Shown here piece by piece: positions 19,798 through 30,037 of a stretch of DNA of 64,000 bases. A program made the position numbers and the translations under genes. The notes beneath the pieces were generated by a model. It was not told the origin of the DNA and searched no databases. It worked only from the letters and a program-made list of their open reading frames with translations. Source of the stretch: an uncultured delta proteobacterium. Its GTDB lineage: Bacteria > Desulfobacterota > Binatia > UBA9968. The stretch spans positions 419,441 through 483,440 of the forward strand of contig CAVUZH010000022.1 of assembly GCA_963745835.1 (NCBI GenBank). Reading direction: 5' to 3'. Every line of letters begins with the position of its first letter. Positions within the stretch are counted from its first letter, which is position 1.

Positions 19798-21237
19798 ATG
19801 CGCTACCTCGCTTTAGCCTGTGATTACGATGGAACTCTGGCTAGCGATGGTCAAGTCTCGATCGGCACATTAGCGGCCCTGCAACGATTCATAGCATCGG
19901 GCCGGAAGCTGATCCTCGTCACTGGGCGTGAGTTAGAAGATCTTCTCTCGGTATTTCCTCATTATACTATTTTTGAACGAGTTGTCGCCGAAAATGGTGT
20001 TTTGCTGTATCACCCGGCAACTGGCGAGAAAAAACCTCTAGCGAGTCCACCACCCGCAAAGTTCGTGGCGCGTCTTCGGGAACGAGGCGTGCCGATTTCC
20101 GTAGGCAATGTCATTCTCTCGACGCATCATCCGCATGAGACGTTGGTCCTCGATACCATTCGCGAGCTTGGGCTGGAGCTGCAGTTGATCTTCAACAAAG
20201 GGGCGGTGATGATCCTGCCTTCGGGCACGAGCAAGGCCACCGGACTCGCCGCCGCTCTGAAGGAGATGGGTTTGTCGCCGCACAACGTTGTGGCGGTGGG
20301 AGACGCAGAAAACGACCATGCTCTTCTGGCGCTTTGTGAATGTTCTGTCGCCGTCGCTAATGCGCTGCCGATGTTGCAGGAAAAGGCGGATTTCGTTACC
20401 GAGGCTGCCAATGGCAAAGGCACCGCAGAGCTAATCAACGAAATTATTGTTAGCGATCTTCGTGATCGCGACACGGCGTTGACCAGGCATCATTTGCTGC
20501 TGGGCACTGCGGCTGATGGCAGGCAAATTGGCATTTCACCGTTTGCGTCAAACATTTTAGTCGCCGGTTCATCTGATGATCAGAGACGAAACGTTGCCAC
20601 CGTGTTTATCGAGATTCTTTGCAAACAACGGTATCAGTACTGCCTGCTTGATCCGCGCGGCGCTTTCGAGGGGGTGCCCAACGCAATCGTGCTCGGCCGT
20701 CATAAACGAGCGCCGACGGTGGATGAAGTCATCCGTCTTCTGAAGGATCCAGCGGAGAATGCGATTATCAATTTAAGCGGCGTAAGCATGCGCCAGCGAA
20801 GCTCCTTCGTTCAAGAGCTGTTCGCCCGGCTTCAACAACTTCGCGCCAGGACCGGCCATCCTCATTGGATCGTTGTCGATGAAGCGCAGGATGTCCTATC
20901 CAGATCGTGGCAACCCGCGCCGCTGGATATTCCTTCTCAGTTTGAAGGAATGATGTGCGTGACCGGTAATCCCGCCGCCGTCGCGCGCTCCTTCCGGGCA
21001 TGTGTGAATATCGTATTGGCGCTCGATCCCTCGGGCGCGGCGGCTGCGTTCGGTCAACTCCCAGGGTTGTCGCAAGCCGGAATGTTCGAGATCCCCGCCA
21101 TTCCAGCGAACACCGGCGAGGCGATCATCTGGTTACGTAATGCAGGTGCTCCTTTTAGAATCAGATTAGGGTCGGAAAAAGATCGCAGCCACAGTTCGCC
21201 CTCCGGCACTGCCACGATGCCCCAACGCGTTAGTTGA
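19798..21237 (+). CDS. HAD-IIB (Cof-like) phosphatase with a degenerate C-terminal P-loop domain
   Basis: DYDGTL, VTGR, KATG, GDAEND; C-terminal LDPRG and IVVDEA. Confidence 0.9.
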   Translation: MRYLALACDYDGTLASDGQVSIGTLAALQRFIASGRKLILVTGRELEDLLSVFPHYTIFERVVAENGVLLYHPATGEKKPLASPPPAKFVARLRERGVPISVGNVILSTHHPHETLVLDTIRELGLELQLIFNKGAVMILPSGTSKATGLAAALKEMGLSPHNVVAVGDAENDHALLALCECSVAVANALPMLQEKADFVTEAANGKGTAELINEIIVSDLRDRDTALTRHHLLLGTAADGRQIGISPFASNILVAGSSDDQRRNVATVFIEILCKQRYQYCLLDPRGAFEGVPNAIVLGRHKRAPTVDEVIRLLKDPAENAIINLSGVSMRQRSSFVQELFARLQQLRARTGHPHWIVVDEAQDVLSRSWQPAPLDIPSQFEGMMCVTGNPAAVARSFRACVNIVLALDPSGAAAAFGQLPGLSQAGMFEIPAIPANTGEAIIWLRNAGAPFRIRLGSEKDRSHSSPSGTATMPQRVS

Positions 21238-21429
21238 TTGCCTGTCCGTGCGAATATGTTCGCTAATCCGCAACGATAAAAAGTCGCCCGAACACCACGC
21301 TCTGCGTTGAACCCTTTGCCGTCTCAGAGTTAAGACTGAGATCCTCACCTTTGCGCCGATCGTAAGATCGGCCTGTTGGCGGCTTGGGAATATCTCCAAG
21401 CAATCAATGTCGCGCCCGCGATTTGATGC

Positions 21430-21445
21430 TGGTATGTGTTTTGCT
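21430..21445 (+). promoter_or_regulatory. sigma54-type promoter
   Basis: TGGTATGTGTTTTGCT upstream of 21540. Confidence 0.7.
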
Positions 21446-21539
21446 CTACTTACACACATACTGCTCTGCAAGGCAAAATTAGTAAACGTGTCGACTCGAT
21501 TATCTTCACTAAACGTCAGCAAACTGAAGGAGGCTATTC

Positions 21540-21842
21540 ATGGAGAATTATGAAGGAGCTTTTGGCGGGCAATCGCAACAGCCCACCAGGACTGAGGATC
21601 AGTTTACAAAATCGGTGGAAAAATATACCGCCGCGATACCGTCTTCCGCTTTCTTAGGAGTCGCGCTCGGGGCGATGGCGCTGTCACTGGCGATGCAGAT
21701 CGGCGGTCAGGGCAAGTGGGGGAACTTCATCGGACAGTGGGTTCCCACCTGGTTGATCATCGGACTCTATAACAAGCTGGTGAAGCTTGAGGGTCATGAT
21801 CAGAGCGATCGAGGTGATGGCTATTCGCGCTACAGCAGCTAA
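21540..21842 (+). CDS. Small conserved membrane protein
   Basis: AAGGAGG RBS; IPSSAFLGVALGAMALSL...FIGQWVPTWLIIGLYNKLVK.EG. Confidence 0.85.
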   Translation: MENYEGAFGGQSQQPTRTEDQFTKSVEKYTAAIPSSAFLGVALGAMALSLAMQIGGQGKWGNFIGQWVPTWLIIGLYNKLVKLEGHDQSDRGDGYSRYSS

Positions 21843-22001
21843 GCCGCTACTGATATCAAGCGGCTCGGCCCGTCGTAGGGGCCGGGCCGCAAAACACTCG
21901 AGTACAACTCTGACCATGCACGATAAACTTCGCATCGGTGATCACGCGTCCTCCTCTCATAGAGCCGATAACGCGAATTCTCTGGCAGAGTCTCTACCAC
22001 G

Positions 22002-23150
22002 ATGAAAGCCGATCTCGCCTTGAACCGGAAGCGGCCAGCAAGGCGGCTTGGCGCGATCGTGTCTCCGGATCCAGTCGAGTCAGCCAAGGCTGCGAGCCTG
22101 CGCTACGTTACAGATGATCAGCCAGGTATTTCCCGGCGAAGAAGCGGCGCAGCCTTCCAATACATTGATCCCTCAGGCAAAGTCATCCGTGATCCGGAAG
22201 AATTGCAACGCATCAAATCTTTGGCGATACCGCCGGCCTGGCGTGAGGTTTGGATCTGTCCGATACGCAATGGCCACCTGCAAGCGACCGGGCGCGATGC
22301 TAAGGGCAGAAAACAGCATCGTTATCACCCCCGCTGGCGCGAGATCAGAGATGAAAACAAATATGGTCGTATTCTGGCTTTCGCGAAAGCTCTGCCGCTC
22401 ATTCGTCAAAGAGTCGACAACGACCTTCGGCTGCCCGGGCTCCCGCGCGATAAAATCCTCGCAACGGTGGTAAGGCTGCTCGAAACCAGCCACATTCGTG
22501 TCGGCAACGAGGAGTACGCTCGGCAAAATAAATCTTTTGGCCTGGCAACCCTGAGGAATCGCCACGTCAATGTCTCCGGTTCGACGATCAGTTTCGAGTT
22601 TCGCGGCAAGAGCGGCGTCGAGCATGCGTTGGATATCAATGATCGTCGCTTGGCAAAGATCATCAAGCGCTGCCAGGATCTGCCGGGTTATGAGCTGTTT
22701 CAGTACATCGACGATGTTGGCGAGCGTCGCACCATCGACTCCACCGATGTTAACGAGTACATCCGCCAGATTGCCGGTGAAGAATTCAGCACTAAGGATT
22801 TCCGCACCTGGGCCGGAACGGTGTTGGCCGCACGAGCATTGCAGGAGTTCCAAAGCGCTGCGTCTGATGCGGAAAGCAAACGCAATATAGTTCAAGCGAT
22901 TGAATCCGTCGCCAAGAAACTGGGCAATACCAAAGCGGTGTGCCGGAAATGCTATATTCACCCGGCGGTGATTCAGTCCTATTCCGATGGAACTCTGTTG
23001 CGCGCTTTACGCCGGCGGCTCAAAAAGGAAATCAACGACTCGCATGAACTCGAACCGGAAGAGGCCGCTGTGCTGAGGCTGCTGAAGGCTGGAGTTACCT
23101 CGGATAGTAAAGCAGCGCAAAAATGCTCAGCCAATGGAGCGAGAGGCTAG
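22002..23150 (+). CDS. topIB: Bacterial (poxvirus-like) DNA topoisomerase IB
   Basis: LAIPPAW, GRDAKGRKQ.RYH, IRVGNEEY, FRGKSG, KDFRTW, GNT.AVCRKCYIHP (catalytic Tyr). Confidence 0.95.
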   Translation: MKADLALNRKRPARRLGAIVSPDPVESAKAASLRYVTDDQPGISRRRSGAAFQYIDPSGKVIRDPEELQRIKSLAIPPAWREVWICPIRNGHLQATGRDAKGRKQHRYHPRWREIRDENKYGRILAFAKALPLIRQRVDNDLRLPGLPRDKILATVVRLLETSHIRVGNEEYARQNKSFGLATLRNRHVNVSGSTISFEFRGKSGVEHALDINDRRLAKIIKRCQDLPGYELFQYIDDVGERRTIDSTDVNEYIRQIAGEEFSTKDFRTWAGTVLAARALQEFQSAASDAESKRNIVQAIESVAKKLGNTKAVCRKCYIHPAVIQSYSDGTLLRALRRRLKKEINDSHELEPEEAAVLRLLKAGVTSDSKAAQKCSANGARG

Positions 23151-23193
23151 CGCTCGATTTGCGCAGCAAAGTGATGATAGATAACCGCATGAG

Positions 23194-24816
23194 ATGATTC
23201 CGTCCGCACCGATTGTTTCAGCAGCACACCCCGAAGCCACCTGGTGGCAAAAGGGTTCGATCTATCAAATTTATCCGCTGTCATTCAAAGACAGCAATGG
23301 TGACGGCAGCGGTGACCTGCGCGGAATTATCATTCGGCTTGATTACTGCCGCTGGCTCGGGATCAATGCGGTCTGGCTATCGCCGATCTATCCTTCGCCG
23401 ATGATTGATTTCGGCTATGACATATCAAATTTCACCGATATTCATCCGCTGTTTGGCACCCTCAGTGATTTTGATGCGCTGGTCAGCGAGGCGCGGCGTT
23501 TAAACCTAAAAATCCTTTTGGATTACGTGCCCAATCACAGCTCGGACCAACACTCCTGGTTTCTCGAGTCCAGGTCGTCCCGGAACAATCCCTACCGCGC
23601 CTGGTACATCTGGCGCGATCCAGCGCCCGGAGGCGGGCCGCCCAACAATTGGTTGAGCGCATTCGGCGGCAGCGCTTGGGAGTGGGATGAAAACACCGGG
23701 CAATACTATTTGCATTCCTACCTTAAAGAGCAGCCCGATCTAAACTGGCGCAGTCCTGACGTCGAGCAGGCGATGATCGACGTGCTGAGATTCTGGCTTG
23801 ATCGAGGCGTCAGCGGTTTCCGAGTAGATTCAATCGCTCACTTGATGAAAGATACTCAGTTTCGAGACAACCCCTTGAATCCCGATTGGGACCCAGCCAC
23901 CGGTCCGTATTTTCGCTATCTGCCGGTCCACTCGCGGGATCATCCGGACACCGCGAACGTCATCCGCCAGATACGGCAAGTCATCGATGGATACGAGGAT
24001 TGCGTGATCATCGGTGAGGCCTACCTATCTTTGGAGCGCACGGTTGCCTATTACGCCGCCGGAGTCCATCTGCCTTTTAACTTTGCCTTGATCACCAGTC
24101 CCTGGACCGCTCGCGAGGTGCATCGCATAATCACAACTTACGAGTCACTGCTCGGACCTGATCAGTGGCCCAATTGGGTGCTGGGAAATCATGACCGTCA
24201 CCGGATTGCCACTCGCGTCGGCAGGGCTCAGGCGCGCGTAGCGGCAATGCTTCTGCTCACCTTGCGTGGCACACCGACGCTTTATTACGGTGATGAAATT
24301 GCGATGCTGGATGTTTCGATACCGGCTGAGCTGGTCAAGGATCCCTGGGAATTAAACGTTCCTTCCCTCGGCTTGGGGCGAGATCCCGAGCGCTCACCGA
24401 TGCAATGGGATTCGACCAATCACGCTGGCTTCAGCACCGCCATTCCGTGGTTGCCGGTGGCCAGTGATTTCAATCGCTTCAACGTTGCCATCGAGAGTCA
24501 GGAAGCCGACTCAGTGCTCACTCTATTTCGCCGCTTGATCGCGCTTCGAACCGAAAAGCCGGCACTGCACAGCGGCTCCTATGGAGAACTTTTGTGCGAG
24601 GATCATGTGCTATGTTACAGCCGCCAGTCCGGGTCGGAGCGTTTTTTGATCGTGCTAAATTTCACCGCGGAGCCTAAAATGTTTGAGCACCGCGGTCTCC
24701 ACGGCAGAGTAATTCTAACCACCGCTCTCGATCGTAATAGTGAACCTGTTGGCGAAAAACTTCGACTGCGCCCTGATGAAGGAGTCATTGTCGAAGTAGA
24801 ACATCCAAACGTTTGA
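23194..24816 (+). CDS. GH13 alpha-glucosidase / alpha-amylase family
   Basis: YQIYP.SFKDSNGDG.GD, DYVPNH, GFRVD, IIGE, NHD. Confidence 0.95.
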   Translation: MIPSAPIVSAAHPEATWWQKGSIYQIYPLSFKDSNGDGSGDLRGIIIRLDYCRWLGINAVWLSPIYPSPMIDFGYDISNFTDIHPLFGTLSDFDALVSEARRLNLKILLDYVPNHSSDQHSWFLESRSSRNNPYRAWYIWRDPAPGGGPPNNWLSAFGGSAWEWDENTGQYYLHSYLKEQPDLNWRSPDVEQAMIDVLRFWLDRGVSGFRVDSIAHLMKDTQFRDNPLNPDWDPATGPYFRYLPVHSRDHPDTANVIRQIRQVIDGYEDCVIIGEAYLSLERTVAYYAAGVHLPFNFALITSPWTAREVHRIITTYESLLGPDQWPNWVLGNHDRHRIATRVGRAQARVAAMLLLTLRGTPTLYYGDEIAMLDVSIPAELVKDPWELNVPSLGLGRDPERSPMQWDSTNHAGFSTAIPWLPVASDFNRFNVAIESQEADSVLTLFRRLIALRTEKPALHSGSYGELLCEDHVLCYSRQSGSERFLIVLNFTAEPKMFEHRGLHGRVILTTALDRNSEPVGEKLRLRPDEGVIVEVEHPNV

Positions 24817-24996
24817 GCAATCCCCTAATCCAAACGCACCGATGGGCAAGCTCGCGTGCTCTGATCATCTACGGCAAACTTCTCGGCATGCGTCGCGCTG
24901 CTCTCAGAGTTCGGCATTTGCAACCCTCGGACTGCCGCTCGGTTCGCTGTCCCAGTTTTGCTAAAACTGGTCGAGGAAAAACAGGCCATTCTCCCC

Positions 24997-25012
24997 TGGC
25001 ATAGGCTTTGCG
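24997..25012 (+). promoter_or_regulatory. sigma54-type promoter for the PRTase operon
   Basis: TGGCATAGGCTTTGCG. Confidence 0.75.
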
Positions 25013-25086
25013 GCAGTGTGATCAGAACCGCCGCACCAACGATGTCCAGATTCTTTTTTAGGACAGGCCGTTACGGAGGTGTTCTT

Positions 25087-25791
25087 GTGCTTAGCAAGTC
25101 TCTATCCGGCGAACCCCTCATTATTCCTTTTGCGGATCGGCGTCAGGCAGGTAAGCAGCTCGCGACCCAACTAGCCGCCTATGCGAATCGTTCGGATGTT
25201 CTGGTGCTGGCCTTGCCGCGCGGCGGCGTGCCGGTAGCTTTTGAAGTCGCCAGCGCGCTTCGTGCTCCCTTGGATGTTTTTTTGGTGCGCAAGCTTGGCG
25301 TCCCAGGGCACGAAGAATTAGCCATGGGCGCGATCGCCACCGGTGGAGTTCGGGTCCTTAATGAGGAAGTCACTAGCCGAATGCACATTCCGAGTTCGGC
25401 AATTGACGAGGTGGCCGGTCGCGAGGAGCAGGAGTTGAAACGCCGCGAACGGCTATACCGGGGAGATCAGCCACCCCCCAATGTACAAGGCCGGACGGTG
25501 ATTCTCATCGATGACGGGCTGGCAACGGGAGCGACGATGCGCGCCGCCGCTACCGCGCTCCGGCAGATGCACCCGGCAAAGATCATTATCGCTGTGCCTG
25601 TCGCTGCTTCCGAGACCTGCGAGGAGTTTCGCAGCGAAGTCGATGACGTCATCTGCGTCGCGGTCCCCGAGCCGTTTATGGCCGTTGGGGCATGGTATTC
25701 GGACTTCTCGCAGACCAGCGACGATGAGGTTCGCGAGTTGCTGCGGAAAAACGTGTATAACCAGCCGGACAATTCTCCACTGCTTTCGTGA
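25087..25791 (+). CDS. Putative phosphoribosyltransferase
   Basis: [33 protein letters not shown] loop; GGAGGT RBS before a GTG. Confidence 0.92.
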   Translation: MLSKSLSGEPLIIPFADRRQAGKQLATQLAAYANRSDVLVLALPRGGVPVAFEVASALRAPLDVFLVRKLGVPGHEELAMGAIATGGVRVLNEEVTSRMHIPSSAIDEVAGREEQELKRRERLYRGDQPPPNVQGRTVILIDDGLATGATMRAAATALRQMHPAKIIIAVPVAASETCEEFRSEVDDVICVAVPEPFMAVGAWYSDFSQTSDDEVRELLRKNVYNQPDNSPLLS

Positions 25792-25819
25792 CGGGAGCTG
25801 TAAAAAGAAAAGAACTCGT

Positions 25820-27156
25820 ATGCAGCCGGCGGATGAGATTGTTGGCGTATTGCGAGATTCAGCTCAGCCGCTCACGGGCGCGAGCAATGATTATGATCCA
25901 CTGCTCGAACTAATCGGTGACGCTCGTTTTGTCTTGCTCGGTGAAGCCACACCGGCACGCATGAGTTTTACCGAGAGCAAGCCCAAATTACCAAACGGCT
26001 GATCGCCGAAAAGGGCTTTACCGCCGTAGCCGTCGAAGCCGATTGGCCGGATGCTTATCGTGTGGACCGTTACGTGCGCGGCACTGGCATGGACCCTAGC
26101 GCCGATGCTGCGTTGGCGGGTTTCGAGCGCTTCCCGACCTGGATGTGGCGCAACGCCGAGGTTCTCGATTTCGTCGGTTGGCTCCGCGCCCATAACGACA
26201 CTATCAACTTGACTGAAATGAATGTCGGCTTTTACGGTTTCGATCTCTATAGCTTCTACAGCTCGATGGCGGCGGTGCTCGCCTATTTGGACAAGGTCGA
26301 CCCAGAGGGCGCCAAACGGGCGCGCTACCGTTATTCCTGCTTTGATCAGTTTGGCGAGAACACGCAGGCCTATGGCTATGCCGCAAGCCTTGGCCTGAGG
26401 GAATCCTGCGAACACGAAGCGATCGGTCAACTCGTTGAGCTGCGCCGTAACGCAATTGAATATGCGAGCCGCGATGGCCGCGTCGCCGCTGAGGAATTCT
26501 TTTTTGCCGAACAGAACGCGCGGCTCGTCAAGGACGCCGAAGAGTACTATCGGGAAATGTTCCGGGGGCGCGAGTCGTCCTGGAACCTGCGCGACCGCCA
26601 CATGGTAGATACATTGGAGCACCTGATCGGCTTTCTCGCGCGGCAAACCCTACGGCCTAAAATCGTCGTCTGGGCACACAACTCTCATCTCGGCGATGCC
26701 CGCGCCACCGAGATGACCAAGGGCGGAGAAATCAATGTCGGGCAACTCGTGAGCGAGCGCTACAAGAACGAAGCCGTGCTGATTGGCTTCAGCACATATA
26801 TAGGGACGGTAACGGCTGCGACGGACTGGGATGGACCTGCCGAACGCAAGCGCGTCCGTCCGGCGCTTCCGGACAGTTATGAAGCGATATTCCATGATGC
26901 CGGCCTCAAGCGGTTCCTTCTCGACTTACACGATGAGCGCGTTCAAGTCCTGCGCGAACCGCGATTGGAGCGAGCGATCGGCGTTGTTTACCGGCCGGAA
27001 ACTGAGCGTGCCAGTCATTACTTTCACGCCAATTTACCCGCGCAGTTCGACGCGATCCTGCACTTTGATCAGACGCGAGCGGTGGAGCCTTTGCAACCAA
27101 CGGTCCACTGGCAAAAAGATCAAGAAGCTCCCGAGACGTTTCCATCCGGCGTGTGA
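25820..27156 (+). pseudogene. Erythromycin esterase family protein with a 1-nt deletion frameshift
   Basis: LLGEAT|GTHEFY is split across frames at ~25950 (gccacaccggc where gccacacacggc is expected); VEADWPD, WAHNSH and LERAIGV follow. Confidence 0.85.
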
Positions 27157-27469
27157 GCGAGAGTCTGAAACCATGGCCGATTTGCGTGGCTTAAAACCAA
27201 CGTCTCGTCGAATACCGGCGAAAGTAAGTTTAATGCGGATCGGAGCGAAAACATTAGGAGACCGATATAGCAATCGACGGTGAAAACCGCAACGCAGCCG
27301 CTTGGCAATGATTCTCGTGTCCGTCTCAAGTCGGTTTCGATCTGAGCGGTGATATCGCACAGAAATTCGCTATTGGTTCCGATATCTGTAATAAGTCTTA
27401 TGCGATTCATTCCTGAAAGGATGCTGAAGTGTGATGATGGGCCGCCGTCAATTTTTCAGCATGCTCACC

Positions 27470-27651
27470 TTCGCAGCGGCCGGGGCGGCGCTGAGCGGAT
27501 GCCAGTGGTGCGAGATATCGCCCGTCTGTGCCCGCGCGGGCGTCTCGTGCTAATTCCCGAGGTCGCGCATACCCTGTGCTATACCGCGCCTGTCGAACTG
27601 GCGGATGTCACCCGATCATTCGTGAATGAGGCAAAGGACCTGATGTTGTAA
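27470..27651 (+). pseudogene. C-terminal fragment of an alpha/beta hydrolase
   Basis: GRLVLIPEVAHTLCYTAPVELA..TRSFV resembles the catalytic His region; no N-terminal part. Confidence 0.5.
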
Positions 27652-27715
27652 AAAAAGATTTTTACAGGGATGCGGAACTAAAACCGACGTCCCGCCGATA
27701 CTATAAGGAGATATC

Positions 27716-28213
27716 ATGCCGGAGAAAAAAACTGTCGAGAAAGCCAAGAGCGCCAGGCGGGAAGGAAAGGCGCCGAGCACACAGGCCGGCGAGTTCGTGC
27801 GCGAGGAGGTGCACCACGTAAGGGAAGGCAAGCATGGCGCACGATCCACGAAACAGGCTATCGCGATCGGATTATCGAAAGCGCGTCGTGCGGGAGTCGA
27901 TCTGCCGCCGCCCGAGAAAGGCACGGTTTCCGAAAAGACCCGGCGCAGCGCCGAGCGCGCCCGCAAGTCCGGCCGGCGCGGCAAGACCAGAACATCCCCT
28001 CGTCGCGCGCAAGCCACCAAGCGCGCCCTGAAGCGCGAAGGCCGCAGCGCCGCCTCGCGCAAGGAACTCTCGAAGCAGGCGCGTTCCGCGGCGCAAAGGC
28101 GCACGCCGTCCGAGCGCAAGACCTCGGCGAAACGAGCCGCGCGAACCAAAAGGCGCGGCGGGCGTTCCGCAGCCGCTCGTAAAGCCGCGCGCACCCGTGC
28201 TCGCCGCGGATAA
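27716..28213 (+). CDS. DUF6496-type Arg/Lys-rich putative DNA-binding protein
   Basis: GKAPSTQAGEFVREE, KQAIAIGLSKARRAGV, very basic tail; AAGGAG RBS. Confidence 0.9.
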   Translation: MPEKKTVEKAKSARREGKAPSTQAGEFVREEVHHVREGKHGARSTKQAIAIGLSKARRAGVDLPPPEKGTVSEKTRRSAERARKSGRRGKTRTSPRRAQATKRALKREGRSAASRKELSKQARSAAQRRTPSERKTSAKRAARTKRRGGRSAAARKAARTRARRG

Positions 28214-28246
28214 TGGGCACGACGACAAGTCTCGTCGATTCTTTAC

Positions 28247-29200
28247 CTAGAGCCACTGCACCGCGTAACGTCCAAGACTTTGTGCGAGAAAATCGTCGAG
28301 CTGATTCAAGCTCAGCGGCGGAGGCATCGGGTATCGTGAATGAATTTTGCGTTTGAGTTCGAAATGGTAGCGTACGAACACGGCGAAATCGCGGGGGTAG
28401 GCGCGCTCGTCCACGCCGATAAAGGCACCTTCTTTCCGCGCACGCAGGAGAATCCTGCGCCAATGTTCGATAGGGGTCAATCCGATTGACTCGACGCCGT
28501 GCGAAAAAAGCATCATGTAAATTTCGTCGAAAGGATCACTCGCATCGAGATAGGTTTCGAGCGTTTGGGCCGACGGCTGTTTGTTGAAGACCATCCAAAA
28601 CGGCACTGAACCTGTTCGAACCGAACCATAGGGTTCCATTACGATAAAGGATTCGACCAGCAGGCGATTACCGACGATGCTTCGCTTTTCGTTCCACCAT
28701 CGATAAAAGTCGGCGACGAGCGGGCCGGCATGCTCCGGTTCTTCAAAAACAATTCGCCGGATCGCGAAGCCATGGCGCGTCGCGAATTGTTCGATATCGT
28801 TCCCGAGCAGCGGCTCGAAACCCCACTCTGCCTCCGGATGATTACCGTCCGGTGGCGGCGGCTTCCACTTCTTTATGTGCGAGTTGTAACGACCAAGGTA
28901 TTCTTCCACCCGCTTGCCGCCATGGTGGTATTCATAGGGCGTTGCGCCGCCGAGCGCGCCAAATTGAAAGATATGCCGTTCGCCGAATTTTTTCGCGGGC
29001 GCATTTCAGTTGGCAATCAACGATGAAGATCGTCCCGCCGGGTTCGAGATATTGCTGGATGAAACTCTCGTAGGCCTGTCCCAGCCAAAGTCGCTTGACC
29101 CGAAAATAAGTCATGCGCTGGATCATCAACCGATCCTGATTTGGATCGTGCATGTGGTGCAACTGCACATCCCGATTCGATTCAAGAAACCGCACCTTCG
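28247..29200 (-). pseudogene. 5'-truncated, frameshifted conserved hypothetical gene
   Basis: LHHMHDPNQDRLM...TIFIVDC continues after a frameshift near 29000 into FQFGALGG...MLFSHGVES; no credible start. Confidence 0.7.
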
Positions 29201-29249
29201 GATTAGCCGCCGAAACACGAATCTGATTTCCAAAAAACCTGCAAGCGAT

Positions 29250-29913
29250 CACGCATTGGCGCAGCCGGCACCTTTGGCCGCACACTCGCGCTTTATGGCG
29301 CGAGACAGCTAAGCGTTTTCGGAACGGCAGTTGCCACTCTGGGAACGGCTATTCTCACGCGCGCGCTCACCAATATGGATTTCAAGCGTCTGACGGGGAT
29401 CGGCGCTGGGCGGCGCGCGGTAACTATTCACAAGATCATCAACGTGGCGGCGCCGGTCGAGGAGTTCTTTGCCTTCTGGTCTGACTATCAAAACTTTCCG
29501 CGCTTCATGTCGAATGTTCGGGACGTGAAATTAACCGGCGAGAAACGGTCCCATTGGATCGTCGCCGGTCCGGCCGGAGCGGCGGTTGAATGGGACGCGG
29601 TGATTACCAACGATGTGAACCCAATCAATCGCTCGGCTGGAAAACAGAATCTGCTTCGCCGATCCAACACGCCGGCATAGTTAAGTTCAAGCCTAATTCG
29701 GACGGAAGCACACGCATCGATATCAAGATGTCCTACAATCCAGTGGCCGGAGCCTTAGGACATGCCGTCGCAGCGATCTTCTGTGCGGACCCAAGGACGG
29801 AAATGGATCAGGACCTAGCGCGGATGAAAACCATGATCGAGACCGGAAGACCGCCGCATGATGGGCGCGCAGAGATGAATCGGCTTATCCAGATTAAACG
29901 TCCGCCAAGATAA
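29250..29913 (+). pseudogene. 5'-truncated, frameshifted SRPBCC (cyclase/dehydrase) gene
   Basis: FWSDYQNFPRFMS...SHW.VAGPAG..VEWDA.IT, frameshift near 29615, then PNQSLGWK...SYNP.AGALG. Confidence 0.8.
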
Positions 29914-29924
29914 TAATTGAGTGG

Positions 29925-29953
29925 AAAAGAGCCCGTCGAAACGACGGGCTCTT
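29925..29953 (-). terminator. Intrinsic terminator
   Basis: Perfect 12-bp stem aagagcccgtcg-aaa-cgacgggctctt with a T-run on the minus strand, downstream of gene 31018-30038. Confidence 0.75.
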
Positions 29954-30037
29954 GCGTACACGCTATTTGACAATTTCAGAAGCTAACAATGGCATCACGG
30001 AATACCATAAGGCAAAGGAACGGCACAAATCTTAAGG

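Noticed and set aside
25820-27156. Macrolide resistance gene
   Set aside because: The family is broad, the context is PRTase/dormancy, and the gene is frameshifted.
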